From Amoeboaphelidium protococcarum X5 (taxonomy: Eukaryota > Fungi > Aphelidiomycota), in the NCBI GenBank assembly GCA_023515725.1, contig JALDTO010000057.1:124001-188000 (forward strand): a stretch of DNA of 64,000 bases, given 5' to 3'. The notes beneath the pieces were generated by a model. That model saw only the letters and a list, made by a program, of their open reading frames with translations, had not been told where the DNA came from and did not search any database. This document shows, in pieces, positions 25,501 through 38,122 of this stretch. Numbering within the stretch: position 1 is the stretch's first letter; each line of letters begins with the position of its first letter. The translations under genes were made by a program, and so were the position numbers.

Positions 25501-27577
25501 CATCCTTTGGGAACTAAAACTATCCAAACGCCTTGATAATATTCTTTTACAAATTGACAATTGGCCTAACATACGGAGAAGGATCACAAATAGCCAGCAA
25601 TTTAACAGAGTTTAACGACTTCCCCAGGTCGGCCTTTGAAATTCTCTTTAATTAATCAGCGGTCTAACTGTCCAGTAATACCAAGAGATGCTCTAAATAA
25701 ACACTATTACACAAGACTACCGTTCCATGATGCTTCTTGCAAAGCTACATTAATAGAAGTTCACTAGCTTCATCTAAGGACGATGACACTGAAAAAGAAG
25801 AAGAGCCACAAAATCCGGGTAGAAAAATACCCATAATCATTCCAGGACCTTGACGATAATCCAGATAATTAATGAAAACATCTTTAGGCTGTAACTAATT
25901 CTATGCCTTTAGCATTAGAGCCTACCACATTATAGTCTTATGAGGAATCAATACTCCATTCAAATTTCCAAAGGCGGATACACCATACTCAATGTAGAAT
26001 ATATCATCCTATTGAGGCAGGTCGATGATAAATTACTAGGCTTTCTTGCCAGTAATACTACCATACTCGTTGGTCTTCATCACATAAATACTACTAGGAA
26101 ATTTCAGCTTTCTATGTGCAAGTTCTTTCGACAATATACGATAATCAGAGTCGGTGGTTAACATGACTTTGCAATCATTCTCTTTCATTATAGACAAGAG
26201 CTCAACCACTTGATCGGAATACGGATTAGACACAATAGGCACTGCAACAATATTAATTGCTGAACAAGCAGCCATGGACACTACAAACTCTGCTAGCTCA
26301 CCTTTTCGGAAAAGCAGAGCAACCTTCTCCTGCCTCTTTAACTAATACTTTTCCGTAAGTACACTCGCAACTTTCAACACACGACCATAAAGCTTTTCAA
26401 ACGTGAGCTGATTGTGCTCTTTGCCTTTATGATCAACGTAAGCAAATGCGACCTACTTTCCATCAGACATTGATCTCGCCCTCAATATCTGCGCCAAACT
26501 TTTAAAAGATGACAGATCTTGATCGATGTTAGCATCCTTACTCTTTATCGCAACTTTCCTGTCAACGAACGATGATGCATCAACTGGAGACGCAGGCTAA
26601 GATAGAGGTTATAATCTCTACTTTTAAACTTATTACTTTGGAGCTTTATTCGCCATAATGTTGACCAACTTACGACTAATGGTTCCAAACTGATCAAACT
26701 TTCGATGCTATACTTCTGGTTTATTTACAAACTAGACCAATTTATCACCATGAGAGCCGCCAGTAGCTTTATCCAACTACTCAATGGATGAAATGGACGG
26801 GGAGCGCTGATCAGCATCTAAAGAATGATGAGATGAGGATGATACAATACTACCACCTTTCGAAGCTAGCGGAGATGGAGTCGGCAATTTCACCGATAGA
26901 CTCTACTGAGCTTCACCATTAGTGGGAGTCTCGGGAGCACTAAAGGACTAGACAGACTTGAGTGAATAAGAGCTACCGCCAAAGATATTATATGCAGTAG
27001 GCCTGGAATAAATTTGAGAAAGAGAGCTTTACATCTACTACAGATTTATGTCCTCAGAATCCTATTGGCGCTTCTGAATACTTTCTGGAAGTTTAGCTCT
27101 TCTCTGTGGCCATTCAAGCTATTCCTCATTATTATTATTACTATTACCAGTTAGTTACTATTTAGGCAGTAAACTTCTAACCATCAACGTTTTGTCATTA
27201 AACTGCTTCTTCTTCAACTTGGCAGGCTTCTCCGGAACAGTGCTCTATTGCAATGGCAACTCACTAACACGTGCTTGAGAATCATCTTAAGCCATCTTAG
27301 CCTAAGTATTAGTAATAGCAGGTGGAGGTGTTATCGACGTTTCAAATGCTTTCATCACATGTTCAACACTGGCCAAGCTTCCAGCCTTCAATTCCAGGAT
27401 TGATGACATTCTTCTATCACCCAGAGAAGGACTTTAATCCTATTTCACAGAGTCCAAACCATATTTACTTATCAATGACTACTTTTTCTTTTCATAACCT
27501 TTCTATGTAATATCTCCCTCAGCCAGTTCCACCTCTACACTCTGTAATGATTATGCATGCTAATTCAGGCTAGGCAT
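22589..27577 (-). CDS. DIP2: DIP2/Cmr2-like protein (DMAP1-binding N-terminus plus tandem FAAL-like AMP-binding domains)
   Basis: N-terminal VELAEGDITQKGYEKKK; two adenylation-like domains (GELWVSG..TRTGLYGF; GEIWVY/FINTGFIGF). Start and TGA stop are in frame (1662 aa), consistent with an intronless gene; not every codon was checked. Confidence 0.88.
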
Positions 27578-27883
27578 TAGCAACTTACCCAAAATATTAA
27601 ACTCATCCTATGCCTCTTGCGGAAGAGACATAAAATCCAGGCCAGGCATTTAAATAATATAACGATATGCAATTTATATAATTTAATGGAATATAAGGAC
27701 CAAAAGCTGATGTGTAATAAATGTTTGAGCAGTAATAGTCAAGAGTTGACACTGAAGAGAACGAGATGAAACGAAATCCAGCCGCGCGACTTAAAACTCG
27801 ATGAAGCGATAACGCGTCAAAGAGAGCGAATGAAACACAACACAAACACCTGCACAGTAGAGGAGAAAAAAGGCATATTTATT

Positions 27884-28810
27884 TCAGCTGTCATTTTCTT
27901 TAATTTTCTGTTAGAGCAAAGCATTAATCTTCACAAAAGCCGGATCATTGCGCAGAAACTAAAACTTGTTCAGCACAGAATCGACTATTTCTTGAAGACT
28001 TTACTAAAGTTTGAGCTTATCGCCAACAGCCTGATTGTGGGCATTATTAATAATAATCTCGAATAGAACGCCGCTGAAGTATCTGGCATCATCCTCATTC
28101 TCTGTTTCCGATTATTGTACTTATCCACCTGGAAGTTGATTCAAGTCTACTCCCTGCGCAGAGCCATCAACCTGCTGACTCGGAGACAATTCGACATCAC
28201 CAGAAGAGAACAAGACGCGTTTTCTCTACTACAACTTTACATAGAACAACAACTCCATGCGAAAGTATTCAGACCAGAGAAGAGGCTCGTGTGCACAAAG
28301 TCTCAAGGCTCTGAGGAATATAATTCGACAAGCCGTAATATTAGACATGTAATCCCATTCATGCTTTGCAGCAGCGATCCACACAAGATGGCAGCGAGGA
28401 TTAAATTGGATAGCTTTAGCAAATGCACGACTCAGTACATGGTAGCTTTTACTCCATTTACAAAACTCAATATATGATAGCCACATTGAAATATCATGAG
28501 GAAATCGGAGACTTGCCTTTTCAAATAATCGTTGCACATGCGTGATTATACTGTAATCAGTCAGACTCTTCTTCCCTTTAATATTGAGACGCGATTTTCT
28601 CTTCAATCGCAACTTCTCCAGATTGATTTCAAACTCGATATAATTCAGAAAATCCAGTCTAGAAACGGAAGTTTTCGCGATGGAGTACTCAAAGTCGCGT
28701 CGCTTCTACACGATCATCTGCACTTCATCTTCACTGAATAGGCCCTTCTCCTAAAACTCCCTCATCTCTGGGACCATAAACTCCATCTGCCTGTGCACAG
28801 CTTCAGCCAT
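27884..28810 (-). CDS. UTP6: U3 snoRNP protein Utp6 (short form)
   Basis: MAEAVHRQME.MVPE, KRRDFEY, DFLNYIEFE, HAT repeats (LWSEYFRMEL); 308 aa. Confidence 0.9.
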
Positions 28811-29106
28811 TTTGTATCAATCCAATCTCAATGTATTTATCTTTTTTGACTAGATTCTTTCTCAATATTTCAAAGAAAAGTAGTTTTGATGGATTTTCCA
28901 ATCGGAGGCTATCTCTAATCTTTCTTTTTAATTTCCTCAACACGGATCGCGCTCACTCAATCTAAGCTTAACATTTGCAAGACGATTTTATTCTGCCTCT
29001 GACCCGGCCAATACTCAGTTCGAAGTGCTGAAACAATTTTCCCTCTGTTTCATTCGGCATTGTCGTTCAATTTCTGCGCCAATACAATTGGGTAATTTCA
29101 AGTATA

Positions 29107-31408
29107 ATGTCAAGTTAACAGATTGTAGATATGAACAGAAGAGAATCGTTAGAGTTAAAAGATAAATCGCTTCCACCGTTGCCGGTAACATCATCTCAAA
29201 AGTAGAATAGTCAGAGTGACGGTTAGAATCAGATCAAGCCTCGTATCACCCAGGATAACAATAGTATCATTAATGCACTCAAGTATGAATCTGCTGCAAC
29301 TAGTAATCTGATTAATTCCAATAGTTAATATTCTATTGAAGACTCCAAGTAGTAGCAAGGAGATATTCACTAGTCGCAAAGAACTCTATCAGACAGGATT
29401 AGGAAAACGCTGAATAGAACTGTTGGATCCGGTGCTGGGAGAGATAGGATTATAGCTGATTCCTTATCTCGATCTAAAGATGTATCGCTTGATCAGAGGC
29501 AGAAAACAGATATTTAGTCGTCCAACTCAACTTAATCTTAACCTCCGTTGACGATTCACGCTAGTAGAAAGCTGACTGCGCGATTGCTATACCCGTCACC
29601 ACCAGTGCCATCTATTCTCACGTTATTGCCTGTTGGTTTAACGCGGCTTATACTGAATCATTTGGATGACAAATCTCTGTGTGCTTTATCACAAGTCTCT
29701 TTAAATTATCATCAGCTGGCAAATGATAATGCGCTATGGTTTGATCGCTGCGTTGGTCAAGGCTGGCATTCGATAGCATATCTACCTAAACATGTTATTA
29801 ATGATTTTCACAGTTCAGAGATTGATGCCAGTGCATTAGGCAGCGAGAGTAGCGGAAGATTACTGTGGAAGAATATCTACGCAGCGCATTATTAAGCGAA
29901 CAACTTGTGGATGAAAGGCCAGTTCCGAATGACTTAAATTGGCCATGAGACTTTGGTTAGAGCACCTCAACCGGGTCATGAATAGTCTAAGTCTGCACAT
30001 ATGCCTCTCTAATAATAGTAATCGCTCTAGTAATAGTCTTCTTAGTAGTCATCTCATGAAAGATAATCATCTCAACATCGGCGAGAAGGCAGTCTGGGTC
30101 TTGGTGGCCGTGTTAGTCTACCTCGTCCGCGTCATCGAAGTTCATCGGTCGTGAAACTATCCTCTGGTGCATAAGCTTTTCTATAATCTCAGCCTCAAGA
30201 TACGCATAAAATGATGGAGTTAGTCAAGACTGACCCCGCTCATAGATAAGTAATCCATCACCTGAAATTGGATGGCGAGTACTGTTACACCTCTTGTCGC
30301 GGTGGTAAGTTACGTCTTTGGCAATTGGATGATAAATCCACACAATTTGATATCACTGCACCCTTTTAACGAGTATGGAATGTTGATAAAGAGAATCAAC
30401 TTTCTGAATAAGAGATTCCCAGTGCGGTATATGCTTTCGATGTTATGGATAATCTAATAGTTGCCGGTTTTCGTAATGGCGATGTAGGTATTTACTCTTG
30501 CTTACACGGTAAGTAGCTGGCATACAAGGAGAAGGTACATATAGATGGTGTGAGCTGTTTATAATTTATTCGATGTCATTCGGAATCCAATGAAACTTTG
30601 GATGGGAATGGAGATGTCATGGTAAGATGTCCGCGTTTTATTAGTTGTGGATTCGATGGACGTGTTGTAAAGTGGTCCATTATGAGAAGTGGAAATGCTA
30701 TGGAATAAAAATAGAGTTCTTAATTGAAGTAGATTGTTAAGTAGTCTGATATCTTTGCGTAGAAGTAAGGAGTATTCAGTCTCGAATGCTGCGATAAGTT
30801 TGCATTTGTCGGTGGATCTTAGAGTGTGATTTAGATGTATGATTTGAATACAATGAAGTGTTTGCGGACGTTCTCTGGACACGGCGATAGTATCATCTCC
30901 CTTAGTGTATCAAATGATCAACTCTTGGTTAGCACGTCCATGGATAAAACTTTGAAAAGTAAATATTTTGTAGATGTCGTAACTTTACTTTCATGTGTCA
31001 TGAGCGGGGTATTGTAGTTTGGAGTATTTATGATGAAATGTGTCTTTATACTGTATCAGATGGACATGTAATTAAATGTGCTCAAGTGTAATGGATCAAG
31101 GCTTTGAGTTCGCATCGTTTGGTCTACACAACGTTCTCTGGAAAAATCATTGGTAAATTGTATATTGTCTTTGTTAATTGACTTTTCTGATTTTTAATAT
31201 GATTAAATGTGTAGTTAAACATGTATCAGAAGATGGCCGATCAGTCAAGGATTTGTGGTAGACAATGATGCCATAAGAATACCGAGTTTTTGATAAACGA
31301 AATCTTCCTGTGATGGCCACCAGCATGCAGTTTGATGAATTTCAACTTGTGATGGGAGATTAGACTGGCAGACTATGGAGAATGATGTTTTATGAACAGC
31401 AATAATGA
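29107..31408 (+). CDS. F-box/WD40 repeat protein (introns 30959-31017 and 31153-31214)
   Basis: F-box LLPVGLTRLILNHLDDKSLCALSQVS; WD repeats (GFDGRVVKW, GHGDSIISL, STSMDKTLKIW). GT-AG introns restore the frame. Confidence 0.87.
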
Positions 31409-31611
31409 GTCCTTTATATTCAATTCGAGATATCATTTTACTCAACTTGGTCGCTAATGCCAACTAATTGCAGATATTACAGCGGGATTGTCAACCAATC
31501 ACAGTAGAGCATTGCAAAGTTTAATGCCACTAGTTGCCTGTTTGAACAACTTCTTTTTATCACAACGATAACGAATTTCAAGTTAGTAGTAGTAGTGAAG
31601 TAAAAATACAA

Positions 31612-32508
31612 ATGTTCAACTACTTTCGTGCAACTGTCGCGTTTACTTTGATAGCGTTTGGCTACTTCCTGATCAATGATCCTGAAGTTGTTAATCGCAT
31701 GAGGCGTCAAGCTCTGGCACCCAACTATTGCACCAAGGCTGGTCTGGTGTCATTGACCTTTGACGAAGGCCCCTCTCCTCTCACTCCATCTGTCTTGCAA
31801 TCTTTGGCCCAAGTCAACATCTCTGTTACTTTCCACGTGGTGACAAAGTACTTAGACAACGTTGCTTCGGTAACCAACATCCAAACTGCTTACAGAAATG
31901 GTCACTTGATTGGTTTGCGCTTCCCTACCACGATGGATCCGTCAGCAATGTCTGAAAGTGCATTCTAGGCCACGCTGCTGACTGAGTCTAACAAGTTGTT
32001 CAGCGCGATCCAGGCTTATCCAAAGTATTTGCGTCTGCCTGCTGGTCAGTATAATGCTAATCACGTAAGAATCGCCAACACTCTGGGTATGATTGTTACC
32101 GAGTGGAACGTTGATACGAATGATTATAACTTGGACCCAGCTACTGGCCTGTCGCAGATGATCGGTGCATACAGTGAGCAGTTTAGTCAGGTTGGTCCGG
32201 GTCTTGGTCGTTATGTCTCTTTGCATCACGATTTGTCACAATTCTACTCCAACGCTACCAATGTGGTTGAGACAGTCAAGTACATCAAGAATTATTAGTA
32301 CAATATTGTTCGCTTGGACACGTGTCTGTCAGCAGATGCTTATCGCAAGAGCAATGGTGTTAACGGAGGTGGCTCTGGATCTCCACAGCCACCATCAGGT
32401 GGAAATGGCGTGTAAGGACCAAACAGTGTGACGAGCAGTGCTTAACGTCACCTGCTAGCCGCATGGGCCTCAATGTCTCTAGTTGGTCTCCTGGCTTTGA
32501 TGTTTTGA
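31612..32508 (+). CDS. CE4/NodB polysaccharide deacetylase-like protein 1 (secreted, GPI-like tail, His pair absent)
   Basis: Signal peptide, TFDEGP, TFHV, GHLIGLRFP, YLRLPAG, EWNVDTNDY, SLHHD, G/S/P linker and hydrophobic C-terminus. Confidence 0.9.
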
Positions 32509-33701
32509 ATTTGAATGAATAGATTTACAGTGAACTTTAAAGCTTACATCTTAGCTACGCTCACTTGCTACGATTAAAACAAGTTGTGCAGTGTTATTTG
32601 AACAGTTTTAAGTTTAATCACCTAAATTTAGTATTTTAACTGGTTAGGGAGGTTACCTTATTGATGTTTGATGGCGTGACGGGTTTGCATGTTCTGGAGA
32701 TTGAGGCGTTACGTTTGCGTGTGATTAGCGAGTCCGCGTCGCAGCTGATACGGCGTTTCTGGCACAGTAAGTAAATTTAAGCATTTGAATAAAATATCAT
32801 CTGGAAATAGAGTTCCCGTGTCTCTGCAGGTACTGTTTGTACGAGCGGCCCACCTAAACAAACGGCGTTGTCTAGAGACTTGTTGTTTTCGACTCTAAAA
32901 ACGCTGTGGCAGTCCAGACTAATAATGAAGCAGCACGGAGACAGCTGAAAAGTACGGTGGAAGGAAAGTGAACAATACTAAGCAGCACTGAAGTTGCAGA
33001 AGGTGGCATTACCATCAGACATTGGGATAGAGTTTGTTTACCCATTTGTGCGCAGGTTGAAGCTGGACAAGCCGGTTTAGGACTTTGTTACGGAATCATT
33101 CAAACTGCTGGAGCGCCAAGTCAAAGCCTCCCAGAATCCACCAAATTTTAATGCTAAAAGACTCGTTTCTTATGCTATATTACTGCTTCTAAATAAGGGC
33201 AACACGAAGATGTTAGGCCAGAATATCATCTGTATTTGGCAGTGATTACCAGCAATGCTGATATTGATGTATATTTGCCGGACGCCTACAATCTGCCAGA
33301 GTCCATATTGGAGATAGAAATGGTGCTGAGCCAGCCACTTCCAGTGCTTACCAGAAGTGAGCTCAAGTCAGCAAGTCAGCAATCGCATCACTTTAACTCA
33401 TCGGTTCGTGGGATGAATTTTTGTACGAGGACGTAAAGAGATTGCTGGGAGATCTATCTTTACCTCTCACTTTCTTTGTCATGACAACTGTGGTTTGAAA
33501 AATGGTGCATCAAGTCTTCTTATCTAATCCTCGGTATTTAGTTTACTAGGCTGATATAAACTACTTGGATCTACCTTGCTACGCGTCAAGTTGTTTCAGC
33601 CTAACTGTGCAACAATGTGCTCCTAGATCACGTCGTGTGTTAATGAGTCCTCAACAAAGAGCACAAATGCAAATCTACTCGTCAATAACTAGAGAGCTGG
33701 G

Positions 33702-34280
33702 CCTCCGCTGAGCTGCAACTGCGGTGGCACTGATCATTAAAGGATATCAAGCAAGAAATGTACTCTGTATAAGCCGCGTTTGAAATACAAGCTGGATGGC
33801 CCTGATCCACAAGACTAAGACATGCACTGTTAACAAGGGGTTTGTTGCCACATTGGTTGAACAGGAGTTGGGCCCTATCATTATGGATGCTGTGGCCAGA
33901 TTTACTGACATTCATTGCGAGGCCAGTAGTTTCCTCACAATGGCTATGTCATCTGGATGTTAGAGTAAGGCCGTGAAATCCCTGATTTACGCTTTGGTCA
34001 AGGCCTCATGCGCCAGTTCTTTCAAGCTGTATTGGCTATCAACCCCAACCGTCTTCATACTCGAAAGCTTGTCAGAGACGATCCTAACACCCAGGCTTCC
34101 TTTGTGAGTCTGAGCAGACCGAAAAGCTCAATATTTACGCATCAAATGTGCATGGAAGCATAGTTCAAGCGCGTCTCGTATGTTAACATCGTTTCCGCAA
34201 AGTGTAAGACAAAGTGCAAGAATTATGTGTTTCGATGTTCTAAGCGACTTTAGAAAGGCGTAAGATTACTAGCATGGAAC
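33702..34280 (+). pseudogene. Fanzor1-like N-terminal relic (zinc knuckle plus WED/REC start), frameshifted and truncated
   Basis: CNCGGTDHQRISSKKC (Q=TAA), then TKTCTVNKGF...IIMDAVARFTDIHCEASSFL, frameshift near 33937, then NGYVIWMLEQGREIPDLRFGQGLMRQFFQAV and KTKCKNYV. No RuvC motifs seen downstream. Confidence 0.55.
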
Positions 34281-34602
34281 CACTATGGTGGAGCTTTGCC
34301 AGGATTTAAAGAAGCCGAACAAGCGGTGTCTCAGAAATTCGTAGATGATGTCTAATCTGCTGTGAATGTTACCAACACCGTTAAATTACTACTGAAGAGA
34401 CTAAGTCATGATAATTTGCCTTTGTAATTCGGCCTGGCACTATACAATACATCGCACAACTGCCTCACTTTCAGTATAAGAGCAGAAGAGAGAGATTTCA
34501 ACAATTTTTAAAGTAAAATGCAAAAATTTTAATTCATACATTAATCAATCATATAGTCTTAGAAGCAATGAGACAATCTCAGCAATGAGAATGCAGTCTT
34601 AG

Positions 34603-35466
34603 TCACACCATCTGGGCCATATGAACAAGAACAGCGTGATGGCGATCACTTTCATCTGCCAGATCTCCTTCACGACACAGTTCAGACACGTCGTGTGGTA
34701 GACGTAACTTCATTTAATCGTGCTTGTTAGACACGTCCCAGGACCACTCATGGAATACGGCAGACATTGCAAAATCACAAGAGTAGACGCGTCCCAATGC
34801 AGACATTTCCATGACATGCTTGGTGAATGGATCCAGGTAGAGGTCACTCTCACGGATTTAACATTTGTCGTTTTTTGAGCGATGAGGCAGGACGTCGCTG
34901 TACTTCAGACAGAGCCTATTATTTTCGAAAGTTAAACCATTAAGATGTGAACGACCAAGTTCAATCTTCTTCTGAGGTTCTTGTCGATATCTGGTGCATT
35001 TGACCAACTGACGTCTTTGATCACCCTTGCCGCGCTGTAAGACACCTTCTTCCAGAACGAAGACGTCCTTGTCGTGTCCAATGACCACCATAGGAGCAAT
35101 TCTCAGATGACGACGACCTTGCGCGAAGAGATCAGAGTCTGGGACATCCTCCAGATCATTCAGTGGATACAAATCCATCTTGAAACGATTACCATTCTTC
35201 ACTTTGCTGAATCCCATTCTGGATAAAGTCTCCACCTGGATGTCATCTTCAACTGCAGCAGAGAATTCACGCTATTCACCTCCAAATTCCTCAAAAGCCA
35301 GAGAATCACGTTGACGCTCTCTGTGCCAGTAGTTCACCTCAAGGACACCAGAGGAGCAGAATCTTGAAAAGTCGACTTCATCGCGCTCCTTCCCAAACAT
35401 GTCAAAGCCATCCTTGAAGAAAGAAGCTGCGCACCCGCCAATTAGAAAATTCAACAATACTTTCAT
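34603..35466 (-). CDS. Hypothetical protein, possibly secreted
   Basis: 287-aa frame in code 6 with a short hydrophobic N-terminus (MKVLLNFLIGGCAAS) and TGA stop; no recognised domain. Confidence 0.65.
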
Positions 35467-35842
35467 TATTAAAATTATGTTTGGTTTCAGTTATCAGAAT
35501 GTTGAGAATGAAGAATATATATCAAGACTTTGAGCTTTTAAGCAGAATGATGTATCGCTACAGACTCATCACTAACATCAACACGCGCTGATGTGTCAAT
35601 CAATCATAATCAGTTTGTAGTGACTTAACATGAGTTGTCTGCCAGTTATGTACACTATGTAGAACACTAAGCAATGAAAAGATCAGTGCATGATTAAGTG
35701 GTAAATCTTTATAAATCTTTTCAAAACACGCGTAAAACTTGGGAAACAACCTGCAAAAGTCTTTAGTCTTTCTTCTACAGAAGTTCATTAATAGCGAAAC
35801 TCTCTTGTTCTTCCACTATAATTCTCTAAGACATCATTTGAA

Positions 35843-36234
35843 ATGGAGAAAACACCAAGAGTAACCACCTCTAACGTGCGCAACTATGTCAACTAGCGTG
35901 TAAGAGTAGTTGGCAGAGTGGTGAGCAATTAAAATTCACAACTCAATTTGTAATTAGAAGACGCAAACAATGGCCTGATGAAGATCAATCTGCAGAATCC
36001 GTACAACTGCTCGGATAATGCTATTATTGAAGTACTGGGACAGGTGAAGCCAGATTTCTCTGTCCAGGAAATGGTCATTACTCCATTCTCTGACAACTTT
36101 GGTATTTATATAAATCTCAAGTTACAACGTTGAACTTTGTAATATATGCAACCGTCTAATTATGTGTAGATCTTAAACTGTACAATCAAGACTTGGTGGC
36201 AGCGATTGAAAAGTATCCAAAATTGTTTATGTGA
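35843..36234 (+). CDS. RPA3: Replication protein A 14 kDa subunit (intron 36102-36169)
   Basis: TPRVT..VRVVGRV, IEVLGQV, FSDNFDLKLYN..V....KYPKLF; OB-fold size. Confidence 0.88.
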
Positions 36235-36584
36235 AGTCCCTATCGTAATAACAGTTGTATATAATTCGTCAGAGCTACTTCTTTCAATGGAGAACTCGTT
36301 TCTAAGGCGATAACGCGCGTGTTTTCGTTTCACCTTATCTCAGCATAAACTTTCACTTTGTCTTGTATGACTGAAGAGCTCTCCCTTGAAGATTCTCACG
36401 CAGCTAGCCGAAACTGACGATTGCAGTTCATCATCAACTACACATCTGATTTGTAAGGGGCTAATTGTGACTCCCACCAAGATCTGTAGCGAATTTTGAT
36501 TTTTATCGATTTTTATAACGTCTGGTATTATATTGAATCTCGAATTTACTAGGTGTATACGTTGCATAATTAATAGAAAGTGCA

Positions 36585-37807
36585 ATGATTAACGACATTG
36601 ATAATGCTGAGCATGAACCTGGCTTGAATGCAAGAAGCTCTAGTTTTCATCAGCTGTCTCACAATGAAGATTCAGATGCTGTTGGTGGTGCTGTTGGTGA
36701 TTTGGAAAATTTAAAGATACATTAGTAGTAGTAGTATCCGAAAGTTAATAGTGAAGAATCTCCTAAATCGGATGATAGTAATTCGATGGATATGTATCAC
36801 ATAAAGACAATGTAAAACTAGTACGATAATAGATCTCTGAAGGTTTACAAATCTACATGCTCATTGCCAACTATATTCTGCTGCATTCCACCTGGTATTC
36901 ATCATTCTGCTCCTAGGGAGCGCCATTTCACTTGGGACAGATTCTTCAATTGGTTAGTGGGAGTAGATTACATTCATCGCGAACGCATTGCCACGTCTTA
37001 CTTTCTGAAGGATTTTAAGTAGATAATTGTGCGCAGTATACTGGCTATATATTCCACTATAATTATTGTTAATAGTCTGATTTCTGAATGGAACTAATCG
37101 TACTGGTTTGCGTATTTTACTCATCTCAGTTATCTTGGGCTTTTCATGTACTTGTGGCTGGCCAACGTGTTGTCTATCAGATACCACCTTAATCCTGAAA
37201 AGTATCGAAACTAATGTACTTGTGGCTGGCCAACGTGTTGTCTATCAGATACCACCTTAATCCTGAAAAGTATCGAAACTAAAAGACGAAATGGATTGAC
37301 GTGGTGTGTACCATTGCCTACTCCATAACTTTCACATATCATCTGGTCGTGCCTATTGTGTATTGGGCCTTGTTGAGTAAGACGTTTAATTGGTCAACGT
37401 CCACTGATGAGGAACGATGGCTGTCTGTTAGCGTACATGGATTTGATTTCTTGCTTGTATTTTTGGATTTCATGCTCTGTAACAGTATTGTGTACTATTG
37501 GGGACAGGTTGTATTCATGGTGTTTTTTCTTATTCTGTATCTGATATTCTCGTTCCTCTCTCCATATCTATGGGCGTATACTAGCTATGGCTATCCATAC
37601 TTTTTCGTAGATCCCAGTCGGGGACTTAATTGGGTCATAATAGTGGGAGTTACTGCGTTTGTCATTCTAATGTGGAGTTTGTCATTCTTTTTACATTATG
37701 GCCGCTCTAAGCTTGCTCATCTGCTTGGATTTAGTACAAAGATGAAAGGATCCATTGATGGTACTGATGGTGAGCATCATCACTATGAACTGAATGAAAT
37801 GGTTTGA
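36585..37807 (+). pseudogene. Multi-pass membrane protein (FAR-17a/AIG1- or rolling-stone-like) frameshifted by a 68-bp tandem duplication
   Basis: YFTHLSYLGL, YHLVVPIVYWALL, SVHG, YPYFFVD. The two halves are out of frame by exactly the duplicated 68 bp. Could be an assembly artefact. Confidence 0.7.
37146..37281 (+). repeat. Perfect 68-bp direct tandem duplication
   Basis: ATGTACTTGTGGCTGGCCAACGTG...AGTATCGAAACTA occurs at 37146-37213 and 37214-37281. Confidence 0.97.
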
Positions 37808-38122
37808 TTATACATTTGTTTTTGATTAGTTTATGAATAATGTCTATGAATATTTTAAGCTTATATTGAAATTTAGTTTATATTGTGGACTAAAGAGACG
37901 TACGGTATATCAGCGTCAATTGCGATGGGATGAATGAGACGTGGATAGCTGCGATGCAACACGTCAGTATGGAGCGAACGTCAGATGATGGCAGAGTGTT
38001 CACAATTCAATTCTATCATCAATCTCGGCGACATTTATAGTGACTATCACTAATTCTTTGTCTATTTATTATTGGAGTATACTAGTAATAAAGTAAGGTT
38101 AGTAAAGGATAAGTAAAAAAGT

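Noticed and set aside
27542-27588. Possible GTAAGT...CAG intron at the DIP2 5' end
   Set aside because: An in-frame ATG at 27577 already gives a sensible DMAP1-binding N-terminus, and a CAG acceptor does not fit the TGTAG pattern.
32650-33690. Decayed coding-like sequence upstream of the Fanzor-like relic (faint retroelement or Crinkler-like resemblance)
   Set aside because: Too frameshifted to assign to any family without a search.
37146-37281. CRISPR-like repeat array
   Set aside because: Two adjacent copies with no spacer, inside a eukaryotic CDS; a simple tandem duplication.
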